A model generated the notes under the pieces. It was not told where the DNA came from. It did not search any database and saw only the letters and a program-made list of their open reading frames with translations. 64,000 nucleotides of DNA, from positions 12,896,001 to 12,960,000 of the forward strand of contig CM060733.1 of assembly GCA_030704615.1 (NCBI GenBank), read 5' to 3'. The DNA is from Takakia lepidozioides (taxonomy: Eukaryota > Plantae > Bryophyta). This document shows, piece after piece, positions 11,518-23,724 of this stretch. Each line of letters begins with the position of its first letter. Position 1 is the first letter of the stretch. The position numbers and the translations under genes are program-made.

Positions 11518-14131
11518 TTAGCGATACTCTTGAGGCAGCCGGAACCCTGGGATGACAACTTTCTGGGTGAAGAGTGCCCCCGTTAGAGGCATCACGTTCC
11601 AATACATCGTTAAGTTGAAGTCAAGACCACGTAGATTATGACCCTGCACCAGAACAAGGCAACTGCAGATTTCAAATCTTATTGTTTGGTATAGTAATGA
11701 TTGAACGGTGTAGAGGCTTCCATCAGACCATAAATCTGGCATTCCTGAAACATCCCAACATGCACATTGGCTGAGAGCCATGGCAGTTGGTTACTACCAG
11801 TGTGATCCGAAGGGAAGAGGCTATACCTCACTGATCAATGCTACTACAGCATCACACACAGCATTACCTTTTTCTACATTCTAGCAACTACCGCCACTGG
11901 CTTTGCCAGTAAAATCGGGCTGTCTAGGCTATTACATTTTTCCAAGAATATGCATGTATGCCATGAGGGAAGTACACACTTACTTGATCAACAAAGCTGT
12001 ATTTATTGCGAGTACGACGCCAGATTTTGGCATCTTCTTTTTTCTCCACGATGTAATCCCACAGTGATATCTGCAGTGAAGGAACAGAGTACATAAAGAG
12101 AATGTACTCATAAGACGTTGTTTGCCGTAGACTTGTGGCCATTGACCCTGAGTAACTAACAGAGTAACTAAGAGAATAAGCATGGATATGTAAGTTCTGC
12201 ATTTACAGAATTCCACCTGATGATAGATGCAACGATAAGTTGATTAAATGTTTTAAATACACCAGATTTCAAACCTAGAGGGATACCAACTTCCCAAAAT
12301 GAAATCACTCCCCCTCTTTACTATTTCTGTACACCAGAGCAGAAGGCAGGAACATAAATACTGAAGACTGGGATTTAAGGTGTTGGCATTCCTCTGGGTC
12401 TGAAATCTGGTATAATTGGAACTATGGATTACTTTATTTACAGTCCATACATTATCAGGACGGCAGAAACATAATACTAAAGATGGGGTGCATGTACATC
12501 TTAGGGTGTTGGCATTCCTCCAAGACCTTAGCAATCTCATGACATATGGGACTCTAAGTTAATTGATTCAGAGTTTTAAATACACCAGAATCCACACCTA
12601 GAGGGATGCCAACACCCTAAAATAAAGTCACTCCCCAAGGGCAACATTTACATTATCATGGGTGGGATCCCTCAAGGACTTTAGCTATCTGATGACATAT
12701 GGGATGTTGAATGAGTTCTCAAAGTTGTATAACACACCTGATTTAGAGCGTTTGTTGGAGTTGCGTACTCAGCTGCTACGAACACAAAAAGCTACAGGAC
12801 CCACAGAAAAATTAGACATGGTCTCTATGTCAGGGTCCTTGTCTGGGTATGTCACCGTACTGGCAAACCTGTAACGTTCCGTTGAGGTGTATCACTGACC
12901 ATCACCTAGGAATCTTGGCTATGACGTAGCCTTGCCAGTCCCCACTGGATGCTGATCTTCCCCACCCACCAACATGGCTTGGCTCAAAAATTGCCATGGA
13001 ACTCGTGCAATTCCCAACATTCTCATTCAGATGTTTGACTTCCAAATTGAGGCCAGCATAAACTACGTACTGCTGCCCTCTCCCCTAGCAGAGAAGTGAT
13101 ACATGTGCCTGTGACTGGATTGGCACTTACACACAAGTGAGTAGAGAATAAACTTCAAGCAAGGACCATAGTACAGAGTAGCAAATCTGCAGGATGTTCA
13201 GGGATACCATACCTGCTTGGTATTCCATGTAAAAACTGATCTTAAATCTGCGGTAATGTTCAGAATCAGCTTCACCTGCATCAATCCTCTCGAAATGACT
13301 CGCTAGCCACAATGAAGCAGAGATAGTAGCCTTGCAGAGAAATCACCAGAATACAAACCAGACCAATGTGTATTATCACTACAGCTACAACCATTGCACT
13401 AGCATTTAGACTCCGCTTGATTGAATGGATACAACTAGAGCAGAACAACAGGGTAGATCACCATTTCGGCTGCTCCCAAAAGAGTAGAATTGACTGCAGA
13501 ATTAAATCCTTGAAGGGGTAACAGGGACTTCTACATCGATCCGAAAAGCAGAGGGAAATATATTATACCTCATCGTTTCCATTAGGCAACCTTTGAAAAG
13601 CTTCGGCGTGCAAAATCTGCCCACATTGTGCACACACGACCAAACCATGTCAGGCACAGTTCCATATTGTGGCGCAACCCTAAGATAGAGAGATCTCAGC
13701 CCAGATTGCGAAATCAGCTGAGAATAGAAACAGGACATAGAGACAGACAAGACGGCCCAGTAGAGGTCCTATGTAACCATTCCCTAGCCATCACTACCCC
13801 TGATATCATAGTCCCACCAGAATAAAACCCTTCCAATACTGGCATTGCCATCAGATTAGAGAGCAAAAATGTCGACTCCAGCAACGCTTTTCTACATGCA
13901 AGACCCTCTTTTCTCCTCCAATTGGATAATATCGATAATATCGCAGGTGCGAGAATTTACTTCACGGTCACACGGAAAAGAGCATAGTGAGAGAGAAACA
14001 AACACCTGTATATCAACTTGGGGCGACGCACGATGCAGAAAGTCGGAGAGCGAAGCTAAGGCACAAAGAGCTGCCAGAACAGTGACGCCTAGAGTGAGCA
14101 CCGTATTCGCCCTGAACATGTAGGAATGCAT
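11518..14131 (-). CDS. SPCS3: Signal peptidase complex subunit 3 (SPC22/23), 6 exons, 167 aa
   Basis: Exons (minus): 14131-14006 [42 protein letters not shown]; 13616-13569 [16 protein letters not shown]; 13275-13213 [21 protein letters not shown]; 12791-12738 [18 protein letters not shown]; 12070-11984 [29 protein letters not shown]; 11643-11518 [41 protein letters not shown]. All introns are GT-AG and phase 0. Hallmark motifs F.WNTKQ.F.F..AEY, LWD, KY.F.D and WNVMP are present. Confidence 0.97.
12097..12148 (-). mobile_element. ~50-bp LINE 3'-end stub in SPCS3 intron 4
   Basis: AGAATGTACTCATAAGACGTTGTTTGCCGTAGACTTGTGGCCATTGACCC, same family as 2991-3045 and 4495-4542. Confidence 0.8.
12250..12640. 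repeat. Direct and inverted ~45-60 bp repeats in SPCS3 intron 4
   Basis: TTTTAAATACACCAGA...CCTAGAGGGAT.CCAAC at ~12251 and ~12574. Reverse-complement copies at ~12375-12415 and ~12500-12520. Confidence 0.65.
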
Positions 14132-14879
14132 CCTTCCAACCTCTCTGCCCTCGTCTTTGCCTCCCTTCTCTCGCTTTCTCAGGAAGTCACAGAAACCCCC
14201 CTTCCCCTCCCCCCCCCCCCCCCCCCCCCACAAAGCAACGCGCCCTTCCCTCAGTATGGAAAGCTTATTCTCGACAGGGGACAAACAGCCTAGCTCGCAC
14301 AATCCCGGCAGCGCATCAACTTGCACAATCCTACATCCCCGCCTCCCCAAGACCTGCTTCTTGATTCACCCAAAGCCCTGCACTTCCCAAATCTATGGCC
14401 TCTGCTCTGCTATGGATCTACCCCACCACAAACTATCCCTAATAACGCTACGCTCGATTGCTTGCCGGCCTGTCTCTCTCCCTCGGCTTTGGAAAGCGTC
14501 GAACACAAGTTCTGTCTTCCACGGCGGCTGGTCACAGATCCCGTCACCGTGGACGGTGATGGATGATGAACGGAGAAGACACTCCACATTCGTCACCGTT
14601 CATGAGAAGCGATTCACGGCCATGGCTGCCATCATCCGTGGCCGTGACCTTGGGGAAATGTCTGGAGTTACTAAGTTATGCCAAAACAAAAAGTGTAAAT
14701 GATTCCTGTTCTCGCTCTGCCCGAGAAAAAATGAATGTGTGGACACTGCCCGAAGGGAAATAGATGAATTGTACAAATACAAAGTCACTGGTAAATCCTT
14801 CGTCCACTGTAGGAGTTCAAATGTTTTTTTTTTTTTGTAAAAGGGAAACACCTGGCCCCAGCGACAGAGCATGTTGGTA

Positions 14880-15434
14880 GAACAAAAATGAGGATTGTAT
14901 AGAAGCTCTCAAGCTCAGTATGACATTAGCCCTCTAGCTAGCCTTCTGATTTTTTCTATCCCATAAAGCTTGCCCAACTGCATCCTTAGGTCTTCCATGT
15001 GACCCATCAATCAATCCCCATAGGTTTTTGTCTAGAAGAAGGATTGGTACTTGATTCCATTGAACCGTTCTTCTACTCGCCATTAAGTCTTTCCTTCTCA
15101 CTATCTTAGACTTTGGTTCTTGCATTTGTGAAGGAACCTTCGGTTCCGGTTCCACAATTATTTCAAGAGACGGTTCCGGATCCGATTCCGGTTTTTATTA
15201 TTATTGAGCCGGTTCCAGTCGGGTTCCGGATCCAACTTTTAAACATGGGGGCGGTTCCGGTTACCGGTTAGTTGTTGATAAAAACCACGGTTCCGGTTAG
15301 GTTCCGGTTCTTTTTTTAAATATATTTTTAATTTAATTAGATTTAAAATATTTTATCAGTCCGGGAGATTAAATAGCAATGTATTCACATATTTGAACTA
15401 AAATCCAACGATTTTATTAATTTTCACTAACACC

Positions 15435-15467
<33 letters not shown>

Positions 15468-16348
15468 AAATAAACTGGTAGAAGAAAATGGATAACATTT
15501 TATGGGTTGAAATTACTATTCAGCTATCTGGCAAGTATTGGCATCTTCTAACATTTTCATTAATGAACTTACCCATGATATCATGGAGCTGGAGATTGAA
15601 CCCAAGATCTCATGGCATTGAAGCATTGAACATAGAATGTCATGGCCTTCAAGCATTGAACCCAGGATCTCATGGAGCTTAAGAGCATTAAAGAAGTTTT
15701 TCCATGGGGCCACGGGCTCTCTAGGTTATGCCATGTTATGCCAAGGGCCCACCAAGAGTTCAAGAACCTGAACCTGTTTTTATCCCCATTCACCCTGGTT
15801 CTCCGGTTCTCATACCCAGCAGAACCGCCGGTTCGGGTGCCAATCCCCATTGGCAGGTTCCGGTTCCGGATCAGCAGGAATGGGCCCGGTTCCGGTTAAC
15901 CTGAACCTAAACTGGCGGTTAACCTGGTCCCAGCGGGTAACCGCCCAACACTGCTTTATACTTAACAATTAGCAAACTCACAAACTTTCACTGATGACTG
16001 GCCGTGGACCAAATTGCTTTGGCTAGAAGCTCCCTTTTATCACCTCTTCGCTTCCACCTCCTAGCACCTCCTCTATCTAGCATGAAACTGCAGCCACCTT
16101 CTAGCAACTAGGCTCTGATACCATGTAGAAAAATAAGCCTGGGACCTGAAAAAATGCTTTGTGAATAGAAGCTCACCACCCAACCTTAAAACAACGACTC
16201 TATGGTTCACCCCCGAGCTTCTTATATAGTTCCAGCTAGGCTAAAAGCAATCTATAAAAGACTTGCTTTTTTACACCTACTTTTCCTATATACAAAGTAG
16301 TCCCACAATGGACTTACTTTTCCTTTAATTAAAAGCATCTCCAAACAT
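14880..16348 (-). mobile_element. Ty1/copia LTR retrotransposon relic (LTR, PBS, gag N-terminus), interrupted by a MITE
   Basis: Minus-strand PBS TGGTATCAGAGCC (16111-16123, complementary to tRNA-iMet) abuts a TGT...ACA LTR-like segment (~16124-16348). Copia gag-like W....ILLLDKNLWGLIDGSHGRP at ~14950-15070. Confidence 0.7.
15128..15953. mobile_element. hAT-like non-autonomous element with GGTTCC subterminal repeats
   Basis: Clusters of CGGTTCC at both ends. Right terminus ...CCGCCCAACACTG is a CAGTGTT-type hAT TIR. Left TIR not found. Long internal A-run. Confidence 0.6.
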
Positions 16349-18480
16349 AGAGTTACTTTTAATGTGTCTATCTTTGTTTGTTAGTCAAGTTGTAGATTTG
16401 TTGAATATGGAGCTGTTATTCCAACATACAAATCAGCCCTTAATAATGAGAGGAGAAAATAACCTCTTTCACAGTAACCTCGCCATGAAGGCGTAGAAAT
16501 GCTTTGCTTATTGAGCTCGACTGCTTGTGGAGCTAGCTTGCCTCTTCATTTGAGCTCCATGCACTATGATAGCTATGACACCTATGACACCCAGTAAGAT
16601 AAATTGAATTGTCCTCAGTAGGTGGATATGGCACTCTTGAAGAGTTAATTTATAGACTTGGAGGTTGTTGCAATATGATAGTGAGTATGGATCAGGGGAT
16701 TTGCCTTTGCAGACCCTCTAAGCCTCACTTATAAGGGTCATTTGAACTAACCTTTATTATGTTGTCGCAATGTCCGAGAAGTTTGGGCTTGTCCATGTTC
16801 TAGCTATTGGCATCGAGGTTGGATAATATAGCATGTGCGCAGGATACGACGTTGGCAGCGTGCTCACTCAAGCAGAAGAGAATCCTTCGTATATTCCTCA
16901 AGTTTCATTGTGGCGAAACAAGATTGTGCTGACACCAGATTGAATTGTGAAACTATTCCAAATGTATGCTCATGTGAGCACAAGCCATCTAATTTTTGGT
17001 GAAACTCTTGGGTGAAACCTTGGTTTTTCTTTTCTTTTTTCTTGTTCCAATTTTTTTTTTAAATAAAATTTTATAAAATTTTGGTTTTGGGTAAGAACAT
17101 GGCCAAAATTACCCAAGTTTCGCTGGCAAAACCTGCCCGGAATATTATACGGATTTATTTTTTTGATGTTACTAGAATTTTCTAAGTAACTTGGTCGGTT
17201 TTATCCAATAACTTGGTTTTTTTCCCTTCTATTTTATTTTTAAATTCTTCAAAACAAACAATGCCAAAATTACACTGAGTTTAGTTGGCCATGGCATTAC
17301 GAGGGCTCGCGGAGGAGAAAATGTGTTGAATGTGGATAGAGACAAAGGTACTATTGTGGTGTATGTGGAGATTTCCCTTGTTGTTTGGGACACTACTTTG
17401 CTACATGTCACAACTACCTTCGAAGACTTGTAAGTGCGACGTGAAGGCCTAACTACTAATATTGATTGATGTGGCATACTGCAGAGATCTTGGGACTGTG
17501 CATGACGAGGGGGTGAGCTCGTCCGAAAAATCTAACAATGTGGTTTATCTCTGTCTTTGCATGAACACATTGGTTTGCATGTTCATGTTGATTTTACCAT
17601 GGAAAATATCATATTAGAGTGGTGCTTGTTTTGTTTTTGATAGTTTATTTAATTTGTAGGAGTCACTTGGCGTGTCAATCTTATCCCCTCTGTTTTGTGT
17701 GGCTATGTTGGGTAGGTTTGCTGGTTTTGCAGCTTGTATTTTCAGGACTACAATAGGAGCTGTAGCAATGACATGAGAAGAATTGGCATAGCGGACAGGG
17801 AGCTACAGCCATGACAGGAGCTACAACTATGACCTCAGGCTTTCACATGTAGATGATGAGCAGCAGCAGCTATGAGATGAGCTAGAGCAATGACATGGTC
17901 TCATAGTTGCTTGGGAAGCCTTACTAACTGTTTGTTTTGCTTGTTTGTTTCAAAATTTTGTTTCTTTGCTTGCTCTTTCCTTTTGTTGGTCGTGCCTATA
18001 GGTGATAGCCAAGCAGGGGTGCAAACAAGGATGGGGCATTCCCCTGCGGAAATTCCCCCTCCTTGTATGTATGTGTCGGCTCCCAATGGGGCAGAACCAG
18101 CTTGGGTTCGAATTCCACTCACACAATCATGTATGAGGGGTCTCTGTGGGGCTGTTGGGCTGATACAAAGGTAGATGGGGGCTGCTATTGCTGATGTAGG
18201 CTGGTTCTGGTGGGTTTGTGATGGAAGACTGGGATCCAAGACCTGCTGGTGTTGTCAATCCTAGGACAGAGGTTGATCTGGGCTGCAAAACAGGCCGGGA
18301 TGTTGGGTGCGGAGCTGCCAATGGGGCACATAGAATGACATAGAGCATGTTTCTGGGTCTACAAAGCAACACAATCACTCCCTAAAACCGTCAAATTGGG
18401 ACCTCCTTACCAAAATGTCCAAAAAGCCAAAATGACCACCCCCCGTGTTGACCATTGGTATGCATTCACTCGGTTTTTAC

Positions 18481-19294
18481 CAGTGTTGGCCGGGTACCAT
18501 GTTTTGAGCCCTCTTCCGGTCCTGGTTATGGCTATTCTTTGAAAAAAATGGATGGTCGGGGCAGGATATACCAATAGGTTTGAAAACCATCTCGGTTGCA
18601 GGTTCTCATTAAACACCTGAATTTTTTTTTATCCGGTTCTCAATCTACCAGTTATACCATCTTGAAAAATGTCGGTTCCGTGGTACCGGTTATGGGATTC
18701 GTCCATTTTTATTTTTTAATTTTTTCTAGCATTTTTGTGTATGTGTGTAAAACTACACAAGAGGGCTGTGGCCTGGTGATAAGCCAATGTGGCCTATGGG
18801 TTTGGGTCTAGGTCTAGGTGGGGTATTTCAACCCATGTCGTCTATCTCTCTGCCAGGCTTGGGGGCTCTGCCCCTGTAATATGCTTACAACTTACAACTG
18901 TAGTTTAAGCCAAATCCCAAATAATTAATTTCCTATCTACTTAGACATTCTCAATGTTGTGCACCTAATCTCCCCAACCATTGTAATCGTGTTGTTCCTA
19001 GTAAGACATAACATTCCACTCAGGATCTGTCCATTTTATGTTCTTAACTATCATCACCAACCCCTACACCGTATTATCTAGAACCGCCATATTTGCTCCG
19101 GATCTTGCTCCGGGTATAACACCCTTACAATCACAATGCTGGTTCTCTAGCCGGTTAGGAAGCTCAATGGCTTTCGCCGGTTCCTTTCCATAACCGGTTC
19201 CTACGGGGGCTGCATTTTCCGGTTATGCATATGTGCATAACCGGCAAATAACCGCCGGATATGCATGTCGAGATGTCATACCCGGCCAACATTG
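18481..19294. mobile_element. hAT MITE
   Basis: TIRs CAGTGTTGGCCGGGTA / TACCCGGCCAACATTG. Flanks GTTTTTAC / GTTTTTTAC form an 8-bp TSD with one extra T. ACCGG-type subterminal motifs. Confidence 0.8.
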
Positions 19295-19509
19295 GTTTTT
19301 TACCCAACTTGGATAATTATTGTCTTGTTGGATGGGATACCGTGGCCCGGATGAAGGCCTCGATCTCACAGGTCCATCAGCCTTCATCCCTACATCCAAA
19401 ACTGAAATTACAAAATCCTTGTTTTTTTGGTTGCAGAGGGCCCAAAAATGGGTCCCACTGGGGGCCATTTGTGGTGACTGAGAAGAAGGTCGAGGACCAA
19501 GGAGTTATT

Positions 19510-20180
19510 TAATTTAGACGTTTTTTTTGTTTTGTTTGTTTTGTTTTGTATATTTGAGATGTCCCAAAACGCGGGCCAGCCTTGGTGCTTGGTAGCATTG
19601 GAAAGCCCTCGGCGAGGAGGGGGTGCACGGGCTTGGTCTCACGATTGTTGGACCTACGGTGTGGGAGATGTGGAATTTCAAGTACTTTGGGTCGTTGGAA
19701 ATTCATGAAAAATTAAATTGCAAAGTGGGCTTTCCTGGCACAATGATCCTAGCCTCGACAGGAGAGATATCAAGGAAAAGGTCTCCGGTTCAAATCAGGT
19801 CGTAGATTCCGTGGAAAAAAAATGATTAGACTTGGATGACTTAGATGACATTGGACACTTGGGCCAACGGCAGAGACTACCCTAGAGGTCGCACTTGGGC
19901 CTCAACATAGGAGATTGCAGTTGGGGACATCTGCAGTTGGGAGTGCACGGGCTTGGTCTCATGATTTTTGGACCTGCGGTGTTAGGAGATGTGGAATTCC
20001 AAGTACTTTTGGTCGCTGAAAATTCACAAAAAATAGCAAAAATGGCAAAGTGGGCATTCCTTGGACAAATGGAGAGATATCAAGGCAAAGGTCTCGGGTT
20101 CAAATCTGGTCGTAGGCTATGTGGAAAAATACTTACTTAGATGACATTCGACACTTGGGCCAACAGCACAGGCTACCCTA
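19510..20180 (+). repeat. Interspersed repeat family with GCACTTGG minisatellite units and a tRNA-like segment (copy 1)
   Basis: Shares long blocks with 42071-43655, e.g. GGAAAGCCCTCG..GAGGAGGGGTGCAC.GGCTTGGTCTCA and GGTCTCCGGTTCAAATC.GGTCGTAG. Confidence 0.85.
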
Positions 20181-20625
20181 GTTCTTATGACTAGATACGA
20201 CCAAGGGTTGGGGTTTTGCAGGATGTAACCGGATTGCCCTTGAAATTTACAGAGCCCTGCACGATAGGTAAGGCAGCTTTTGTCCGGGCAGATCTATTTG
20301 TCTCACGGAGATATTCCGATTTTTCTGGTTAGGGGTGAGTTTTGTCAAAAAATAAATAAAAATAGTCAAACTTACCCACTTGGCGCTTAGGGGTTTAACA
20401 TTTATCGGTAGCCATTCATGGTGAAGAGGCGCGATAATATAGCCGAGGCTTGCGAGTCTGTGGGCAACAGTCAACCTTCGCATCTCACCAAATGGATTTG
20501 CCTAGTATCCATCGGATCAGTGGGTGGCAAGCGGGCAAAACTACAGTGGGAGCACGAGAATTGCCAGATATTGTAAACCCACAAAGCGATTCTCCCTTGT
20601 TTTCATTGCAAAGCAAGGAGAAGCA

Positions 20626-21126
20626 ATGGTGGTTTTGACATCGGATGTGTGTGATGCTCACGAGCAGCATCTGGAATCAGGCCAGCTGCGAGTGCTGAGC
20701 CCCGGTGTCTTCCAGGCCTTTGGCCGCCACCGAATATTTTCGGGCAAAGTTGTGACTGTCAAAGTGTTTGAGGACAATGTTCTTGTGAGAAGAGCCCTTG
20801 AAGAGCCAGGAGCAGGGAAAATTCTGGTCGTTGATGGCGGAGGCAGCTTGAGGACTGCCTTGGTAGGGGGCAATGTTGCGAAGCTTGGGGAAACTCAAGG
20901 GTGGGCTGGGATTATAATCAATGGATGCGTCCGGGATGTGGACGAGATCAACGAGTGCAATCTTGGGGTTAGAGCTCTCGCCCCCTGTCCTGTGAAGAGC
21001 AAGAAGAAAGGGCAAGGTGAGATGAATGTTGCGGTCGTGGTGGCAGGCGTTCGTATCAACCCTGGTGATTCGTGCTATGTGGACAATGATGGGATCCTCG
21101 TGTCCTCGGTCGTGCTTGAGGTGTAA
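20626..21126 (+). CDS. rraA: RraA-like protein / putative 4-hydroxy-4-methyl-2-oxoglutarate aldolase (166 aa, single coding exon)
   Basis: TSDVCDA, FG....FSGKVVTVKVFEDNVLVR, GKILVVDGGGSLRTALVGG, GWAGIIINGCVRDVDEI and PGD..YVDNDGILVS are RraA/MenG-family motifs. The ATG at 20626 gives the typical length. Confidence 0.95.
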   Translation: MVVLTSDVCDAHEQHLESGQLRVLSPGVFQAFGRHRIFSGKVVTVKVFEDNVLVRRALEEPGAGKILVVDGGGSLRTALVGGNVAKLGETQGWAGIIINGCVRDVDEINECNLGVRALAPCPVKSKKKGQGEMNVAVVVAGVRINPGDSCYVDNDGILVSSVVLEV

Positions 21127-22633
21127 CATCTGCAGAGAGAATCTTCGAGCTTGGTAGAGATCATGGAATCAGTGCTCTTCCAAGTGATTGTACCACAATT
21201 TCCTAGAGCGCGAATCTATGTCGTTGGTAGTTTATCAAGTCTACTTTGCAAAATTATTCTGCTATTGTATGTAATTACCTTAAGGCGAGCATAGATACCC
21301 TGTGAGAGATTCCAGGAATGGTGGGAAGGAGCTATATGAAGGCACATAATTCTTCGTCTCTAAGATGGCAAACTGAAAAACTCGGGGAATTCGGGTTGGT
21401 GGAATCAGTGATGTACGTGGAGCTCCAGATTCTGCTTAGTACTTATGGTGATTTTCTTCCAATTTTCTGATGGCCGTCGGGGAAGCCCGGGGTGGGGGGT
21501 GATGCTGTTAGTTCAACGACTTCCTGTTGGGCTTTTGAATTCCTGGGTGTGATTGGCATAATAAGTGTCATGATTGAAAGCTTGGCTACATGAAGAAGGC
21601 TCCACCTGTTCTTGTTTGGGGTGTGAGGATTCTTTTCAGTAGTCATTGTGGTTCCAAGTCATCCGAGGTGACTTCGTCGCGTGCAAAGTCAGGTGATGTA
21701 TCAGTTTGTGCTGTGGTGCAGCTGAAGAAATTCGCTCTTGTACATGCAGATTTCTACAAAACATTGCAGCCAGCACCAGGTACCCTTAATATGCTGTGGA
21801 TTGGGAGTTGGGCACACCCAAATAGGTTCCATTAGAATGCATATTCTGGAGTTATTTCACGCATCCCAAGAGTGTTGCAAGCCCTCACAGTATTTGGTAA
21901 TGGCCTCCATTCCGTTTCCTCCCATCCCCCTCCCTCCTCTCCTGCCACTGCCACATCATGCAAGTACAGGCTAATGTGTACATGTTTCACCTAAGTAGGA
22001 TCGGGAAATTTCAGCTCGTGGCATTCACCATAATAGCTTCAGCTTCTTCCTGTATGTGGTAACTTGTAAGGCACTGAAATGCATCCCCGACAATCCCTTG
22101 TGCATAGCAACATCATCTCAGTTTCTTGAGTATAAGTTTGCTCATTCCATGGGATCAAATGTACAGGAATAATTGAATATTGGCCCAGTTTGATTAAGTT
22201 GTAATGTCAGTGGGAGTGTCTGTCTCTTTATTTAGTCCGGTTGAGATTGTTTGATAACATGCAATCTCTGCTACCTTGTAGGGATAAGAAATATTTTCGC
22301 AAAAGTACAATCTTGCCACAGGACACTGAGGTTGTAACATGTCCAAGTAAAACCAACAGAGAAATGGTAAAGTCAGGAACGATACAGTATTCAATTATAA
22401 GCAATTGTTGACATAATAGTGCTATTGCGTGGTCGGAAGTCGCCAACTGATGATCATGAGCTTGAAGAATTTTGACCAAAGGATTGAGGATGATGCTTAT
22501 TGGCAATTTTCATTCTTGAGATGTTTGAATAGCGAATTCTGACACTAAGCTCCTTGTTTGTCAATGATCACACCGTGGTCTGGCTAAGCCCAGCTATAAA
22601 TTGCCCTGCGGTAGTCATATTAACCAGAAATGA

Positions 22634-23011
22634 TCAATCAAACTCCGATGGGAGGGTGAATAGCAAGGTGTGCTTGTCGTCTTCATCGATCAGATACCCG
22701 GAGGCGTAAGTGGCAGCGCGGTTATCATGTTTGATAAGGACATGGGAGTCATCACGTACAGTAATGGCACTTGTAGCAATATGGTACTTCGGAGAATAGA
22801 ATGAAAGGGCTCTGTAGTCTGATCCATCTTCTGGCATGTAGATTTGAACACTCTCACCACTGTGTAATGTCCACTGATACATTCGGTCATTGTCGTCTGT
22901 CACTACTACCTCTTTGGCAGGCCCGTTGATAATGGTGATGGAAGCATTGCCTGTATTCAGACACATAGTGCTCACCAGCACACACAGAATCATTAAGATT
23001 GACCCCCTCAT
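22634..23011 (-). CDS. Putative small secreted protein (125 aa), function unknown
   Basis: ATG at 23011 in an ACCATG context, preceded by TTTGCAG (possible 5'UTR intron acceptor). Signal-peptide-like MRGSILMILCVLVSTMCLNTGNA. Mature part is globular-looking, beta-rich and Cys-free. Confidence 0.6.
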   Translation of the reverse strand: MRGSILMILCVLVSTMCLNTGNASITIINGPAKEVVVTDDNDRMYQWTLHSGESVQIYMPEDGSDYRALSFYSPKYHIATSAITVRDDSHVLIKHDNRAATYASGYLIDEDDKHTLLFTLPSEFD

Positions 23012-23724
23012 GGTCTGCAAACATTCACACTCGCACTATTTTAAACTTGGTGGACAGCATTGAGAATTTGAACATTGCAGATTAGAGACCTACAGTGCAC
23101 AAACTAGGCCTACTTGTTTTGAGTCATGATGGGGGAGCGGGGGAATTGCAAGGGAAAAAACTGACCAGAAATCACCTTAGGAGCTCAAATGAGCAGAAAA
23201 CAGGAGAAATTAGGAGCACAAGGGGGTGTACAATGGATGGAGAAATGTCCCGCAGTCTCCAGCTCTCGATTTGTGCGAAATTATACAAAGTGGGTATCTA
23301 TTCAGTTTCTTCAGTCGGCCTCGTCCTCTCTCTCACACAGGGCTTGCACTGTCGTTTCGTATCCCAACACACTCTCTCGTGCTCTCGACTGCTAGAACAA
23401 CTGTATGCCCCAACTGACCGTTCTACTACAGTTACCAACATACCTCGGTATATGTAGACCATAGGGTACGTAGCAAAAAATTTGAGTTTCTTTACGCAGG
23501 GGAAGGCCCCTCTTGTCAGGACTTCCTAGATTCTCGGGCTGCCGCCCTCGGATTGAGGCCCTCAAATCCAGGAACTTCCGAGGCCCACTCAGGGCATTCC
23601 CCTAAGTATACATAGGTGTACAGCACATTTATACATGGCCTCCAAAAGTTTGGAAATCCAGAAGCCACCGTGCTTGTTTTCCTCCATGTAAACAGCCCCT
23701 CTCTCTAAACTCTTCTCCGCTATA

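Noticed and set aside
20524-20625. N-terminal extension of the RraA-like ORF in the ORF track
   Set aside because: It begins at GTG. ATG 20626 gives the family-typical protein.
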